Assembly: GCA_964588465.1 (NCBI GenBank)
Contig: CAZPPL010000002.1
Span: 8,929-72,928 of the forward strand
Length of the DNA: 64,000 nucleotides
Origin: an uncultured Gammaproteobacteria bacterium
Lineage (GTDB): Bacteria; Patescibacteriota; Patescibacteriia; Patescibacteriales; UBA12465
Direction: 5' to 3'
A model generated the notes under the pieces. That model made no database searches. It was not told where the DNA came from and worked only from the letters and a program-made list of their open reading frames with translations. Shown in pieces: positions 39,764-48,279 of the stretch; position 1 is the stretch's first letter, and every line of letters starts with the position of its first letter. The translations under genes and the position numbers were made by a program.

Positions 39764-41194
39764 ATGCTTAGTACAGAATTTAGAAATAAGAATATCTACT
39801 TTATTGGTATTAAAGGAGTGGGAATGACTATGTTGGCTCAGTTTTTAGCTCAAAAAGGGAATAGTATCTCGGGTTCAGACATTACTGATATTTTTTTGAC
39901 TGATAAAATTTTACGAGCTAATAAAATAAAAATCTATTCGCCCTTTGCTCCGCAGAATATTCCCAGCAATTCTGATTTGATAATATATTCTTCTGCTTAT
40001 CAAGCTGATAATAATTCGGAGTTGAAATATATTAAGGAGCATCCAGAAGATTTTAAACAGCTTAAAATTTTATCTTATGCTTTCGCTCTGGCTACAATAT
40101 TTAATCAATATACTGGTTTAGCAGTTTGTGGCAGTCATGGTAAAACCACAACTTCAGCCTGGTTAGCCTATGTCCTATGGCGAGCTGGCCAACAACCTAA
40201 TGCTTTAATTGGTTCTTATGTCCCTCAATTTAAAGGCAGCATTCTATTAGGATCCTCCCCTCGTTTTATAGCCGAGGTAGATGAGTACCAAAATAAATTA
40301 CAGTATTTTAAACCCCGAGCAGTAGTTTTAAACAATATTGATTATGATCATCCCGATTTTTTTAAAACTAAGGCAGCCTATACTCGGGCCTTTGCTAATT
40401 TTATACAGAAGATTCCCCTTATGGGATTTCTAGTAATTAAGCATAGTGATAAATCAATTCAAAAAATAAAAAAATATTGTTTGGCAAAAATTATTAGTTA
40501 TGATTTAGTCACTGGATCCTACGGTACGGGGGCAGATTATTTAGCCTATGATTTAAAACAATCGTCTAGTTTCCAAATATTTAAAATAAGTTATCGGGGT
40601 CAAGACTTAGGTGAATTTAAGATAAGACTTTGGGGTGAACATAATGTTCTGAATGCTTTAGCGGTTATTGCTACCGCTCATCAATGGCGGGTTTCTTGGG
40701 TTCTTATCAAAAAATATTTATTGGCTTTTAAAGGCACAGATCGTCGGGGACAAGTTTTAGGAATTTATAAAGGAGCTATTATTGTAGATGATTATGCTCA
40801 TCATCCCACTGAAGTTAAAGCTAGTTTACAAGCCATGCGTCAGCATTATGGTCAGCAGAATTTAATTACTTTGTTTCACCCTCATACTTTTACTCGCACC
40901 AAAGCCTTGTTTTCTGATTTTGTTAAAAGTTTTTTTGCTAGCGATGAGTTAATAATTTTAGATATCTATGGTTCGGCTCGCGAACAACAAGGTGGAGTTT
41001 CTAGTCAGGATTTAGTTAGGGCTATTCGTAAATTTAATAAGCTCCATAAACGTAAACAGCCGATTAGACACATTAGTACTATTCCCCAAGCTATTACCTA
41101 TTTAAAGAGCAAGCTGAAAGTTAATGATGTCTTATTATTAATGGGAGCTGGCGATGTATTCCGCGTAGGAGAAGGTCTATTAGGAAAAAAATAA
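39764..41194 (+). CDS. murC: UDP-N-acetylmuramate--L-alanine ligase
   Basis: 476 aa. YFIGIKGVGMTMLAQFL..GSD N-terminus, GSHGKTTTSAW P-loop, and DDYAHHPTE. Confidence 0.9.
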   Translation: MLSTEFRNKNIYFIGIKGVGMTMLAQFLAQKGNSISGSDITDIFLTDKILRANKIKIYSPFAPQNIPSNSDLIIYSSAYQADNNSELKYIKEHPEDFKQLKILSYAFALATIFNQYTGLAVCGSHGKTTTSAWLAYVLWRAGQQPNALIGSYVPQFKGSILLGSSPRFIAEVDEYQNKLQYFKPRAVVLNNIDYDHPDFFKTKAAYTRAFANFIQKIPLMGFLVIKHSDKSIQKIKKYCLAKIISYDLVTGSYGTGADYLAYDLKQSSSFQIFKISYRGQDLGEFKIRLWGEHNVLNALAVIATAHQWRVSWVLIKKYLLAFKGTDRRGQVLGIYKGAIIVDDYAHHPTEVKASLQAMRQHYGQQNLITLFHPHTFTRTKALFSDFVKSFFASDELIILDIYGSAREQQGGVSSQDLVRAIRKFNKLHKRKQPIRHISTIPQAITYLKSKLKVNDVLLLMGAGDVFRVGEGLLGKK

Positions 41195-41241
41195 TTCTTT
41201 TTGGTTTAGACTTTTATCAGTTTTTTTATTATAATTTACTT

Positions 41242-42261
41242 ATGCTTAAAATAGAAAAAAATAAATCTTTAGCTCCTTATACTACTCTTAAAATAGGAGC
41301 TAAGGCTAAATTCTTTGCTGTTATAAAGAGCAGGGAAGACTTGCAACAAGCTATTTCTTGGGCTCAAATTAATAAGCAAAATATTTGGATTCTAGGAGGA
41401 GGTTCTAATGTGTTAATTAGTAGAAATATTCCCGCTTTAGTATTAAAAAATGAGCTAACTGGATTTGATATTTTAGAAAAAAATTTAGACTCTGCTTTAG
41501 TACAAGCATATTCAGGAGAATCATGGACTAAATTTGTTAATTTTACCATTAATCAGCAACTGTATGGTTTGGAAAATCTATTCTTAATCTATGGTACAGT
41601 GGGGGCAGCCCCTATTCAAAATATTGGTGCTTATGGAGTGGAATTAAAAGATATTTTTCATCATTTGACCGCTATTGATTTAAAAACTGGTAAAGAAAAG
41701 ATTTTTTCTATTGCTGATTGTCAGTTTGCTTATCGGGATAGTATTTTTAAACATAAATTAAAAAATCGTTATTTTATTTATTCCTTAGTAGTTAAATTGA
41801 AATATCAAGCTGAATTGAAACTAAATTATGGCTCAATTAAACAAGAATTATTAAAACAAGGAATTACACAGCCTAGTTTAGCTCAATTAGTAGTAGCTAT
41901 TGCTCGTATTCGTAATAGCAAGCTACCTAATCCAGCTTTGTGGCCTAATGCTGGTTCTTTTTTTAAGAATGCTGTAATTAGTTCTAAGCAGTTTAAAGCA
42001 ATTACAAAAAAATATTCTGAAGTTCCATATTTTTCTAGCCCTTCTGGAAAGATAAAAATTCCCACCGCTTGGTTAATAGAGCAAGTGGGGTTTAAGGGTA
42101 AAAGAATTGGACCAGTTGGTATGCATGATAAACAAGCTTTGATATTAGTTAACTATGGGGGAGCTAGTGCTCGCCAAGTTCTAAATTTAGTTAAACAGAT
42201 AAAAATACAGGTGAAAGAAAATTTTGGGATTAAATTACAAGAAGAAGTGAATATAATATAG
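41242..42261 (+). CDS. murB: UDP-N-acetylenolpyruvoylglucosamine reductase
   Basis: 339 aa. LAPYTTLKIGAKAKFF, ILGGGSNVL, VGAAPIQNIGAYGVE, PNAGSFFKN. Confidence 0.9.
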   Translation: MLKIEKNKSLAPYTTLKIGAKAKFFAVIKSREDLQQAISWAQINKQNIWILGGGSNVLISRNIPALVLKNELTGFDILEKNLDSALVQAYSGESWTKFVNFTINQQLYGLENLFLIYGTVGAAPIQNIGAYGVELKDIFHHLTAIDLKTGKEKIFSIADCQFAYRDSIFKHKLKNRYFIYSLVVKLKYQAELKLNYGSIKQELLKQGITQPSLAQLVVAIARIRNSKLPNPALWPNAGSFFKNAVISSKQFKAITKKYSEVPYFSSPSGKIKIPTAWLIEQVGFKGKRIGPVGMHDKQALILVNYGGASARQVLNLVKQIKIQVKENFGIKLQEEVNII

Positions 42262-42294
42262 AAGATATTTTAATTATTTAAGATGATATAGATT

Positions 42295-44139
42295 ATGAAT
42301 TCAATAGAATTACGTCAAAAATATTTAGATTTTTTTAAAGCTCGTGGTCATACCATTATTTCTAGTGCCTCATTAATACCTGAGAATGACCCCACGGTTT
42401 TATTTACTACCGCTGGTATGCATCCTCTAGTACCTTATTTATTAGGTGAGAGTCATCCAGCCGGATCGCGCTTAGTTAGTATTCAGAAGTGTATTCGTAC
42501 TGGCGATATTGATGAGGTAGGAGATCTGAGCCATCATACTTTTTTTGAAATGTTGGGTAATTGGTCCTTGGGTGATTATTTTAAAAAAACTGCCATTCAT
42601 TATAGCTGGGAATTTTTAACTGGTTCTAAGCAACTTAATTTGGATCCGAATCGTTTAGCAGTTTCAGTTTTTATGGGTGATGAAGATGCTCCTTTTGATG
42701 AGCAGGCTTATAATATTTGGAAAGAAATTTTTGTTAGTAATAATTTGCCTGTACAGCGGATTGCTAAATTACCTAAGGAAAATAATTGGTGGGGGCCAGC
42801 AGGCCATACTGGCCCTTGTGGCCCAGATACAGAAATTTTCTATTGGCTAGGTGATTTAGATAAAATACCGACTAGCTTTAATGATGATAATGATTCTTGG
42901 CTGGAAATTTGGAATAATGTTTTTATGCAATATATTAAAGATGAAGCGGGGAAGTATGAACCACTAGCTCAAAAAAATGTGGATACCGGTTTAGGTTTAG
43001 AACGGATTTTAGCAGTATTGAATGGTTTAAAAGATAATTATAGAACTGATTTATTTGCTCCCCTTATTAGCAAAATAGAAGAATTAAGTGGGCATAAATA
43101 TGCGGATAGCCTAGAAATTACGCGAGCAATACGAATTATTGCTGATCATATTAAAGCCGCAGTTATGATTATGGGCGATAATCAAGGGGTAGCTCCTTCT
43201 AACACTGATCAAGGCTATATCGTTAGGCGTCTGATTAGACGAGCGATTCGCTACGGACGACAATTAAATATATCTACTCAATTATGGACTTTAGAATTAG
43301 CCCAAGTAGTAATTAATAATTATCATGAGGCCTATCCAGAACTCCAGAATAATAAAAAATTTATTTTTGATAATTTGGAACAAGAAGAAATTAAATTTAG
43401 CCATACCTTAGAGTCTGGTTTAAAAGAGTTAGATAAATTAATTAAGGTTCGGCAGGACTTGAATGGTCACGATTTATTTACCCTGTATCAAAGTTATGGA
43501 TTTCCTTTAGAGTTGTCACTAGAAGAATTAGCTCAGCGACAGCTGATAATTTCTGAATCCGCTAAATTAAAATTAAAACAAGAATTTACAGCAGAGCTAA
43601 AGAAACATCAAGAGTTGTCTCGTACGGCTTCAGTGGGCAAGTTTAAAGGTGGACTGGCCGATGCTAGCGAAGAAACTACTAAGCTACATACGGCCGCTCA
43701 TTTGCTTCTAGCATCTTTGCGTCAAGTTCTAGGAAAGCAAGTAGTACAAAAAGGTAGTAATATAACTCCAGAAAGATTACGTTTAGATTTTTCCTATTCA
43801 CAGAAAATGACTTCCGAACAATTACAACAGGTAGAGGAGTTAGTTAATGGAGCTATTCAGGCGGATTACCCAGTAGTTAGCGAAGAACTATCTCTAGCTG
43901 ATGCTCAGCGTAGAGGAGCTATGGGGGTGTTTACTTCTAAATATGGGGAACGAGTAAAAGTATATACCATTACTACTCTTGATTCCCATGGGCATCCGAA
44001 TATAGAGCAAGCTTTTTCCCAAGAGATTTGTGGAGGTCCTCATGTTTCTCATACAGGCTTGCTAGGACATTTTGTAATTCAGAAAGAAATTTCTTCTAGT
44101 GCTGGAGTGAGGCGAATTAAGGCGATTCTTCAAAAATAG
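42295..44139 (+). CDS. alaS: Alanyl-tRNA synthetase, short form without C-Ala domain
   Basis: 614 aa. IRQKYLDFFKARGHTII start, FTTAGM, FFEMLGNWSLGDYFK, editing-domain HTAAHLL and CGGPHV. It ends about 30 aa after CGGPHV. Confidence 0.92.
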   Translation: MNSIELRQKYLDFFKARGHTIISSASLIPENDPTVLFTTAGMHPLVPYLLGESHPAGSRLVSIQKCIRTGDIDEVGDLSHHTFFEMLGNWSLGDYFKKTAIHYSWEFLTGSKQLNLDPNRLAVSVFMGDEDAPFDEQAYNIWKEIFVSNNLPVQRIAKLPKENNWWGPAGHTGPCGPDTEIFYWLGDLDKIPTSFNDDNDSWLEIWNNVFMQYIKDEAGKYEPLAQKNVDTGLGLERILAVLNGLKDNYRTDLFAPLISKIEELSGHKYADSLEITRAIRIIADHIKAAVMIMGDNQGVAPSNTDQGYIVRRLIRRAIRYGRQLNISTQLWTLELAQVVINNYHEAYPELQNNKKFIFDNLEQEEIKFSHTLESGLKELDKLIKVRQDLNGHDLFTLYQSYGFPLELSLEELAQRQLIISESAKLKLKQEFTAELKKHQELSRTASVGKFKGGLADASEETTKLHTAAHLLLASLRQVLGKQVVQKGSNITPERLRLDFSYSQKMTSEQLQQVEELVNGAIQADYPVVSEELSLADAQRRGAMGVFTSKYGERVKVYTITTLDSHGHPNIEQAFSQEICGGPHVSHTGLLGHFVIQKEISSSAGVRRIKAILQK

Positions 44140-44172
44140 TCTTAAGTTGTAATATTTTTACACTTTTTGCTA

Positions 44173-44201
44173 TTGACAAGCTTTCAGCTTATCTCTATAA
44201 T
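44173..44201 (+). promoter_or_regulatory. Consensus sigma70-type promoter upstream of infA and the ribosomal-protein operon
   Basis: Exact TTGACA (44173-44178), a 17-nt spacer, and exact TATAAT (44196-44201). Confidence 0.6.
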
Positions 44202-44248
44202 AAATTTATTAAGATTATAAAATATATAAATAAATAATTTTACAGAAT

Positions 44249-44285
44249 TTTGATAAGGCGGTGATGGTCTTTATCAAATTTTTTT
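44249..44285 (+). terminator. Terminator-like leader hairpin plus T7 tract abutting the infA start
   Basis: 10-bp stem TTTGATAAGG/CTTTATCAAA (one G-T pair), a 10-nt loop, then TTTTTTT ending 6 nt before the ATG at 44292. Confidence 0.45.
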
Positions 44286-44291
44286 GTGTTA

Positions 44292-44549
44292 ATGTCAAAA
44301 GGGAAAAAAAATAGCAACAATAATGCTCCTACTTTAAACGCTAAAGATTTTATTGAAATTCAAGGTGAAGTTACGGAATTGATGCCAGCGGCTAGTTTTA
44401 AGGTGGTCTTGGAAAATGGGCATGAAATCATGGCTCATCTGTCTGGTAAGATGCGAATGCATAAAATTCGTTTATTACCTGGCGATAAAGTCAAATTACA
44501 AATAAGTCCCTATGATTTAACTAAGGGGCGTATTACCTATCGTTTGTAA
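44292..44549 (+). CDS. infA: Translation initiation factor IF-1
   Basis: S1-like fold sequence [65 protein letters not shown], preceded by a short N-terminal K/N-rich extension. Confidence 0.9.
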   Translation: MSKGKKNSNNNAPTLNAKDFIEIQGEVTELMPAASFKVVLENGHEIMAHLSGKMRMHKIRLLPGDKVKLQISPYDLTKGRITYRL

Positions 44550-44618
44550 ATCCTATTAGTTTGATAAGTCTGGATTAATTAGCTAAATTTATATTCGCAG
44601 AATTGGCGGAATAATAAT

Positions 44619-44732
44619 ATGAAAGTAAGATCAAGTGTTAAAAAAATTTGTAAAGATTGTAAAGTAGTGCGACGTAAGGGACGAGTCCATGTTATTTGTA
44701 AAAACCCTAAACATAAACAAAGGCAAGGTTAA
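44619..44732 (+). CDS. rpmJ: 50S ribosomal protein L36
   Basis: Absent from the ORF track because it is too short. My hand translation gives [37 protein letters not shown], the canonical L36 with its CxxC...C...H zinc ribbon. It lies between infA and rpsM as expected. Confidence 0.9.
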   Translation: MKVRSSVKKICKDCKVVRRKGRVHVICKNPKHKQRQG

Positions 44733-44761
44733 TTTTGTGCGCTATAGGCGCCTATAATATT

Positions 44762-45157
44762 ATGGCAGTAAGAATTGCGGGAGTAAATATTCCCAATGAT
44801 AAAAGAATTGAAATTGCTCTAACTTATATCTTCGGTATTGGTCGTACGCGATCCAATAAAATTTTAGCTGAGGCTAAAATTAATTTAGATAAACGAGTTA
44901 AAGAGCTTAGTGAGAAGGAAGTAAACACTTTACGGGGGATAATAGAAAAGAAGTATATCATTGAAGGTGATCTGCGTCGGGAAATACAAAGTAATATTAA
45001 ACGTTTAAGAGAAATTAATTGCTATCGGGGTTTGAGACATACTAAGCATTTACCTTCTCGAGGACAACGGACTAAAACTAACAGTCGTACGGTTCGTGGT
45101 AATAAGCGGGTAACCATGGGTAGTGGTAAGAATAAAGCTGGTTTGCAAAAAACTTAA
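44762..45157 (+). CDS. rpsM: 30S ribosomal protein S13
   Basis: [35 protein letters not shown]... The ATG at 44762 is preferred to the track start at 44735. Confidence 0.93.
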   Translation: MAVRIAGVNIPNDKRIEIALTYIFGIGRTRSNKILAEAKINLDKRVKELSEKEVNTLRGIIEKKYIIEGDLRREIQSNIKRLREINCYRGLRHTKHLPSRGQRTKTNSRTVRGNKRVTMGSGKNKAGLQKT

Positions 45158-45197
45158 TTATCAAATAATTAATTCGCCGTTAGAGCGGAATGAACTT

Positions 45198-45803
45198 ATG
45201 TCTGAAGAAGTAAAAGTAAAAAAATCTAATCTCCAAGAAGAGAAAAAAGTAACCGGAGATAAGACTAAAGAAAATACTAAGGAAGAAAAGAATATTAATT
45301 CTAAACCTGAAGAAGAAAAGGTAGTTGAGGATTTTTCTTTTGATTCTAATGTGGAAGAACTCCCAGAAGAGATTAAGCAGAAACTGGAAAAAAATAAAGC
45401 TGCTAGGAGTAAGAAGCGATTAATTAAAAAGAAGAAAAAACGTACTGCTAGAATAGTTAAAGTAGGACGAGCTTATATTCATGCTACTTATAACAATACT
45501 ATGGTTACTATAACCGATAACAATGGTGATGTTATTTCTTGGGCTAGTGCTGGTTTGGCTGGTTTTAGAGGAGCTAAAAAAGCTACTCCCTACGCCGCTC
45601 AGATTATTACTAAGATAGCTACTCAGAAAGCTCGTGAAGAATATGGTTTGGAAGAGATAAGTGTTTTTGTTTCTGGCGTAGGTACTGGTCGCGAGGCTGC
45701 TATTAGAGCTTTAAATGCTAATGGTCTAAATGTATTAGCAGTTAAAGATACCACTCCGATACCCCATAATGGTTGTCGTCCCAAAAAGCCACGTAGAGTT
45801 TAA
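45198..45803 (+). CDS. rpsK: 30S ribosomal protein S11 with about 65-aa K/E-rich N-terminal extension
   Basis: Core sequence GRAYIHATYNNTMVTITDNNGDVISWASAGLAGFRGAKKATPYAAQ...PHNGCRPKKPRRV. The ATG at 45198 avoids overlap with rpsM. Confidence 0.9.
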   Translation: MSEEVKVKKSNLQEEKKVTGDKTKENTKEEKNINSKPEEEKVVEDFSFDSNVEELPEEIKQKLEKNKAARSKKRLIKKKKKRTARIVKVGRAYIHATYNNTMVTITDNNGDVISWASAGLAGFRGAKKATPYAAQIITKIATQKAREEYGLEEISVFVSGVGTGREAAIRALNANGLNVLAVKDTTPIPHNGCRPKKPRRV

Positions 45804-45893
45804 TTAAATTACAAGTTTCCGCGCTACAGCGGATTACCACTTAGAACTCAGCTGGACTGAAGTCTGAGGGAAAGATTATAATGTTATAAAGAT

Positions 45894-46526
45894 ATGGGTA
45901 GGAATATTGATAACAAATGCAAACAATGTCGTCGGATTGGTGAAAAACTATTTTTAAAAGGAGAACGTTGCCATACCCCTAAATGCGCTATGGTAAAACG
46001 TAATTATATTCCTGGTTTTCATGGTCCAAAAGTTCATAAAAAACGTTTGAGTGATTATGGTCTGCAATTAGCTCAAAAACAAAAGGCTAAGAAGTTTTAT
46101 GGTTTAATGGAAAAGCAATTTCGTTTAACCTTTGAGAAAGCCTCTAAGAAATCTGGTGATGCTGGTAAGAACTTTTTACGTGCTCTAGAAATGCGTTTAG
46201 ACAATGTAGTTTTTCGTTCTGGTTGGTCGCCTTCCAGAGCTTTAGCTCGTCAATTAGTTAATCATGGACATTTCACCGTTAATGGTAAAAAAACTGATAT
46301 TCCTTCTTTTGTAGTAAAACCTGGACAAATAATTAAAGTTAAGAAAACTAGTCAGAATTTGTTCTATTTTAGAACTATTCAAGAAAAATTTAAAAAAGTA
46401 GATCGTCCTAGTTGGTTAAATTTTGATTCTAGTGATTCTAGTATTAAGGTTTTACACGAACCACAAGAAACTGATTTGCCTCAGAATTTAGATGTTCAAG
46501 TTATTATAGAATATTATTCAAAATAA
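45894..46526 (+). CDS. rpsD: 30S ribosomal protein S4
   Basis: 210 aa. CKQCRRIGEKLFLKGERC zinc-finger-like N-terminus, YGLQLAQKQKAKKFYG, and an S4 RNA-binding domain RLDNVVFRSGWSPSRALARQLVNHGH. Confidence 0.93.
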   Translation: MGRNIDNKCKQCRRIGEKLFLKGERCHTPKCAMVKRNYIPGFHGPKVHKKRLSDYGLQLAQKQKAKKFYGLMEKQFRLTFEKASKKSGDAGKNFLRALEMRLDNVVFRSGWSPSRALARQLVNHGHFTVNGKKTDIPSFVVKPGQIIKVKKTSQNLFYFRTIQEKFKKVDRPSWLNFDSSDSSIKVLHEPQETDLPQNLDVQVIIEYYSK

Positions 46527-46574
46527 AATAATTTATTTTCGACGTATTTATTTCGTCGATGTTAATAACTTTTT

Positions 46575-47516
46575 ATGCAAAATATCGCCTTAGCTAAAAA
46601 AATTACTTTTAATCCTGGAGCTAATCCTTTAGAGGGAATCATCACCGTGGAACCTTTATTTCCTGGTTATGGTATGACTCTAGGGAATGCTTTACGTCGA
46701 GTTTTATTATCTTCTCTATCTGGAGCGGCTGTGGTTGGTGTAAAAATATCTGGAGCTAGCCATGAATTTATGGTTTTGCCCCGTATAAAAGAAGATGTTT
46801 TAGAATTAATTTTAAATTTAAAGCAATTACGTATTAAGGTGTATACCGAGGAAGAAATTAAATTAAGTTTAAAGATTGGAGGTAAGAAGACTGTCACGGC
46901 TGGCGATATAGCTAAGAATGCTCAAGTAGAAATTAAAAATAAAGATTTAGTTTTAGCCCATATTACTGATTCTAGTGGTAGTTTGGAAATGGAAATTACC
47001 GTTAAAGAAGGTCGGGGATATAAAATGGCTGAAGGTTTTAAAAAAGAGAATAGAGAAATTGGTTATATTGAGATGGATTCACTTTTTTCTCCAGTTACTC
47101 TAGTGAGCATTGAAGTGAGTAATACTCGGGTTGGTAAGATGACTAACTGGGATAAATTAGTTTTACATATAAAAACTGATGGGACTATCAGTGCCGAAGA
47201 AGCCTTTAACGAAGCGGTAAAAATTTTAGTTAATCAATACAAATCTTTCCTACCTCATAGTGACCAAGAAGCTCAATCTGAGCAAGAGACTAAACTTAAA
47301 GAATTATCAGAAGAGGAAGAGGGCAAAACCATAATAGTTGATTTGCCTCAAAGTGATAAAACTTTGATTGATTCAGAGATCGGATTGGAAGAATCACTCG
47401 GCAAGGAGGTCGGTAAAGAAGTAAAAGAGACTAAAAAGGAAATAGAAAAAAAAGAAAAGAAGGAAAAGAAGGAAAAGAAGGAGACCAATAAAAAGCTAGA
47501 AAAAAGTAAAAAATAA
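46575..47516 (+). CDS. rpoA: DNA-directed RNA polymerase alpha subunit, N-terminal domain only, with K/E-rich tail
   Basis: The first ~230 aa carry alpha-NTD motifs (PLFPGYGMTLGNALRRVLLSSLSGAAV, SPVTLVSIEV). The last ~80 aa are an acidic then EKK-repeat low-complexity tail with no HhH alpha-CTD motif. Confidence 0.85.
   Translation: MQNIALAKKITFNPGANPLEGIITVEPLFPGYGMTLGNALRRVLLSSLSGAAVVGVKISGASHEFMVLPRIKEDVLELILNLKQLRIKVYTEEEIKLSLKIGGKKTVTAGDIAKNAQVEIKNKDLVLAHITDSSGSLEMEITVKEGRGYKMAEGFKKENREIGYIEMDSLFSPVTLVSIEVSNTRVGKMTNWDKLVLHIKTDGTISAEEAFNEAVKILVNQYKSFLPHSDQEAQSEQETKLKELSEEEEGKTIIVDLPQSDKTLIDSEIGLEESLGKEVGKEVKETKKEIEKKEKKEKKEKKETNKKLEKSKK
47454..47480 (+). repeat. Tandem 9-nt repeat (GAAAAGAAG x3) inside the rpoA tail
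   Basis: Three perfect consecutive copies read directly from the sequence. They encode EKKEKKEKK. Confidence 0.85.
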
Positions 47517-47564
47517 TTTATCAATCTAAATGCTATTTTTCCATAGCTAGGGAATTAAACCGAT

Positions 47565-47915
47565 ATGCGTCACAGAAATAAAAATAAAATTTTAGATCGT
47601 AAGAAGGGACCGCGGGAACTTATGTTACGTAATTTAGCTTCTAGTATTCTGTTATACGAAAAAGTTAAAACTACCAAAGCTAAGGCTCAGGCGGTTCGTC
47701 CACTAGTAGAACGATTAATCACCGCTTCCAAAGCTGGTGATTTGAGTGCTCGTCGTGGACTCATTAAAGTATTACTTCAAAAAAATGCCGTTAAAAAGGC
47801 TATGGAAGTTTTAGGTAAACGCTATACAGACCGTCCAGGAGGCTATACTAGAATTACTAAATTAGGTTCTAGGGCTGGTGATGGTGCGGAAATAGTACAA
47901 ATTGAATTAGTATAA
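47565..47915 (+). CDS. rplQ: 50S ribosomal protein L17
   Basis: MRHRNKNKILDRKKGPRELMLRNLASSILLYEKVKTTKAKA...GGYTRITKLGSRAGDGAEIVQIELV. Confidence 0.92.
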   Translation: MRHRNKNKILDRKKGPRELMLRNLASSILLYEKVKTTKAKAQAVRPLVERLITASKAGDLSARRGLIKVLLQKNAVKKAMEVLGKRYTDRPGGYTRITKLGSRAGDGAEIVQIELV

Positions 47916-47920
47916 ACTAT

Positions 47921-48277
47921 ATGAAAAATATTGAAAGAAAATTACATAAACTGGATGCCAGTGGTCAAGCCATCGGGCGTTTAGCTACTCAAGTTGCTAC
48001 TTTATTACGTGGTAAAAATAAGCCAGAATTTCAACCCTATTTAGATTTAGGTGATATTGTGGAAGTGAGTAATATCATTAAGTTGAAAATTAGTGGTAAA
48101 AAGCTGGAACAAAAACAATATCATCACTATTCTGGTTATCAGGGAGGTCTAAGGAGCAGAAAAATGTCAGAAATATATAAAGATAATCCTGGAGAAGTTT
48201 TAGTTCGGGCAGTACGAGAAATGTTACCAGATATTAAATTACGAACTGCTATGCTTAAAAGATTAATTATTAAATAA
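47921..48277 (+). CDS. rplM: 50S ribosomal protein L13 (short)
   Basis: GRLATQVATLLRGKNKPEFQPYLDLGDIVEV, YHHYSGYQGGL, AVREMLP. At 118 aa it lacks the usual C-terminal ~20 aa. Confidence 0.88.
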   Translation: MKNIERKLHKLDASGQAIGRLATQVATLLRGKNKPEFQPYLDLGDIVEVSNIIKLKISGKKLEQKQYHHYSGYQGGLRSRKMSEIYKDNPGEVLVRAVREMLPDIKLRTAMLKRLIIK

Positions 48278-48279
48278 AT

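Noticed and set aside
45123-45197. Track start of the rpsK ORF overlapping the end of rpsM; likewise 44735 for rpsM, 62896 for rpsJ, 28096 for the protease, 22342 for the kinase and 44286 for infA
   Set aside because: These are non-ATG or upstream starts. They add non-conserved residues, overlap the preceding gene or delete a signal peptide's normal position. Downstream ATGs give canonical N-termini.
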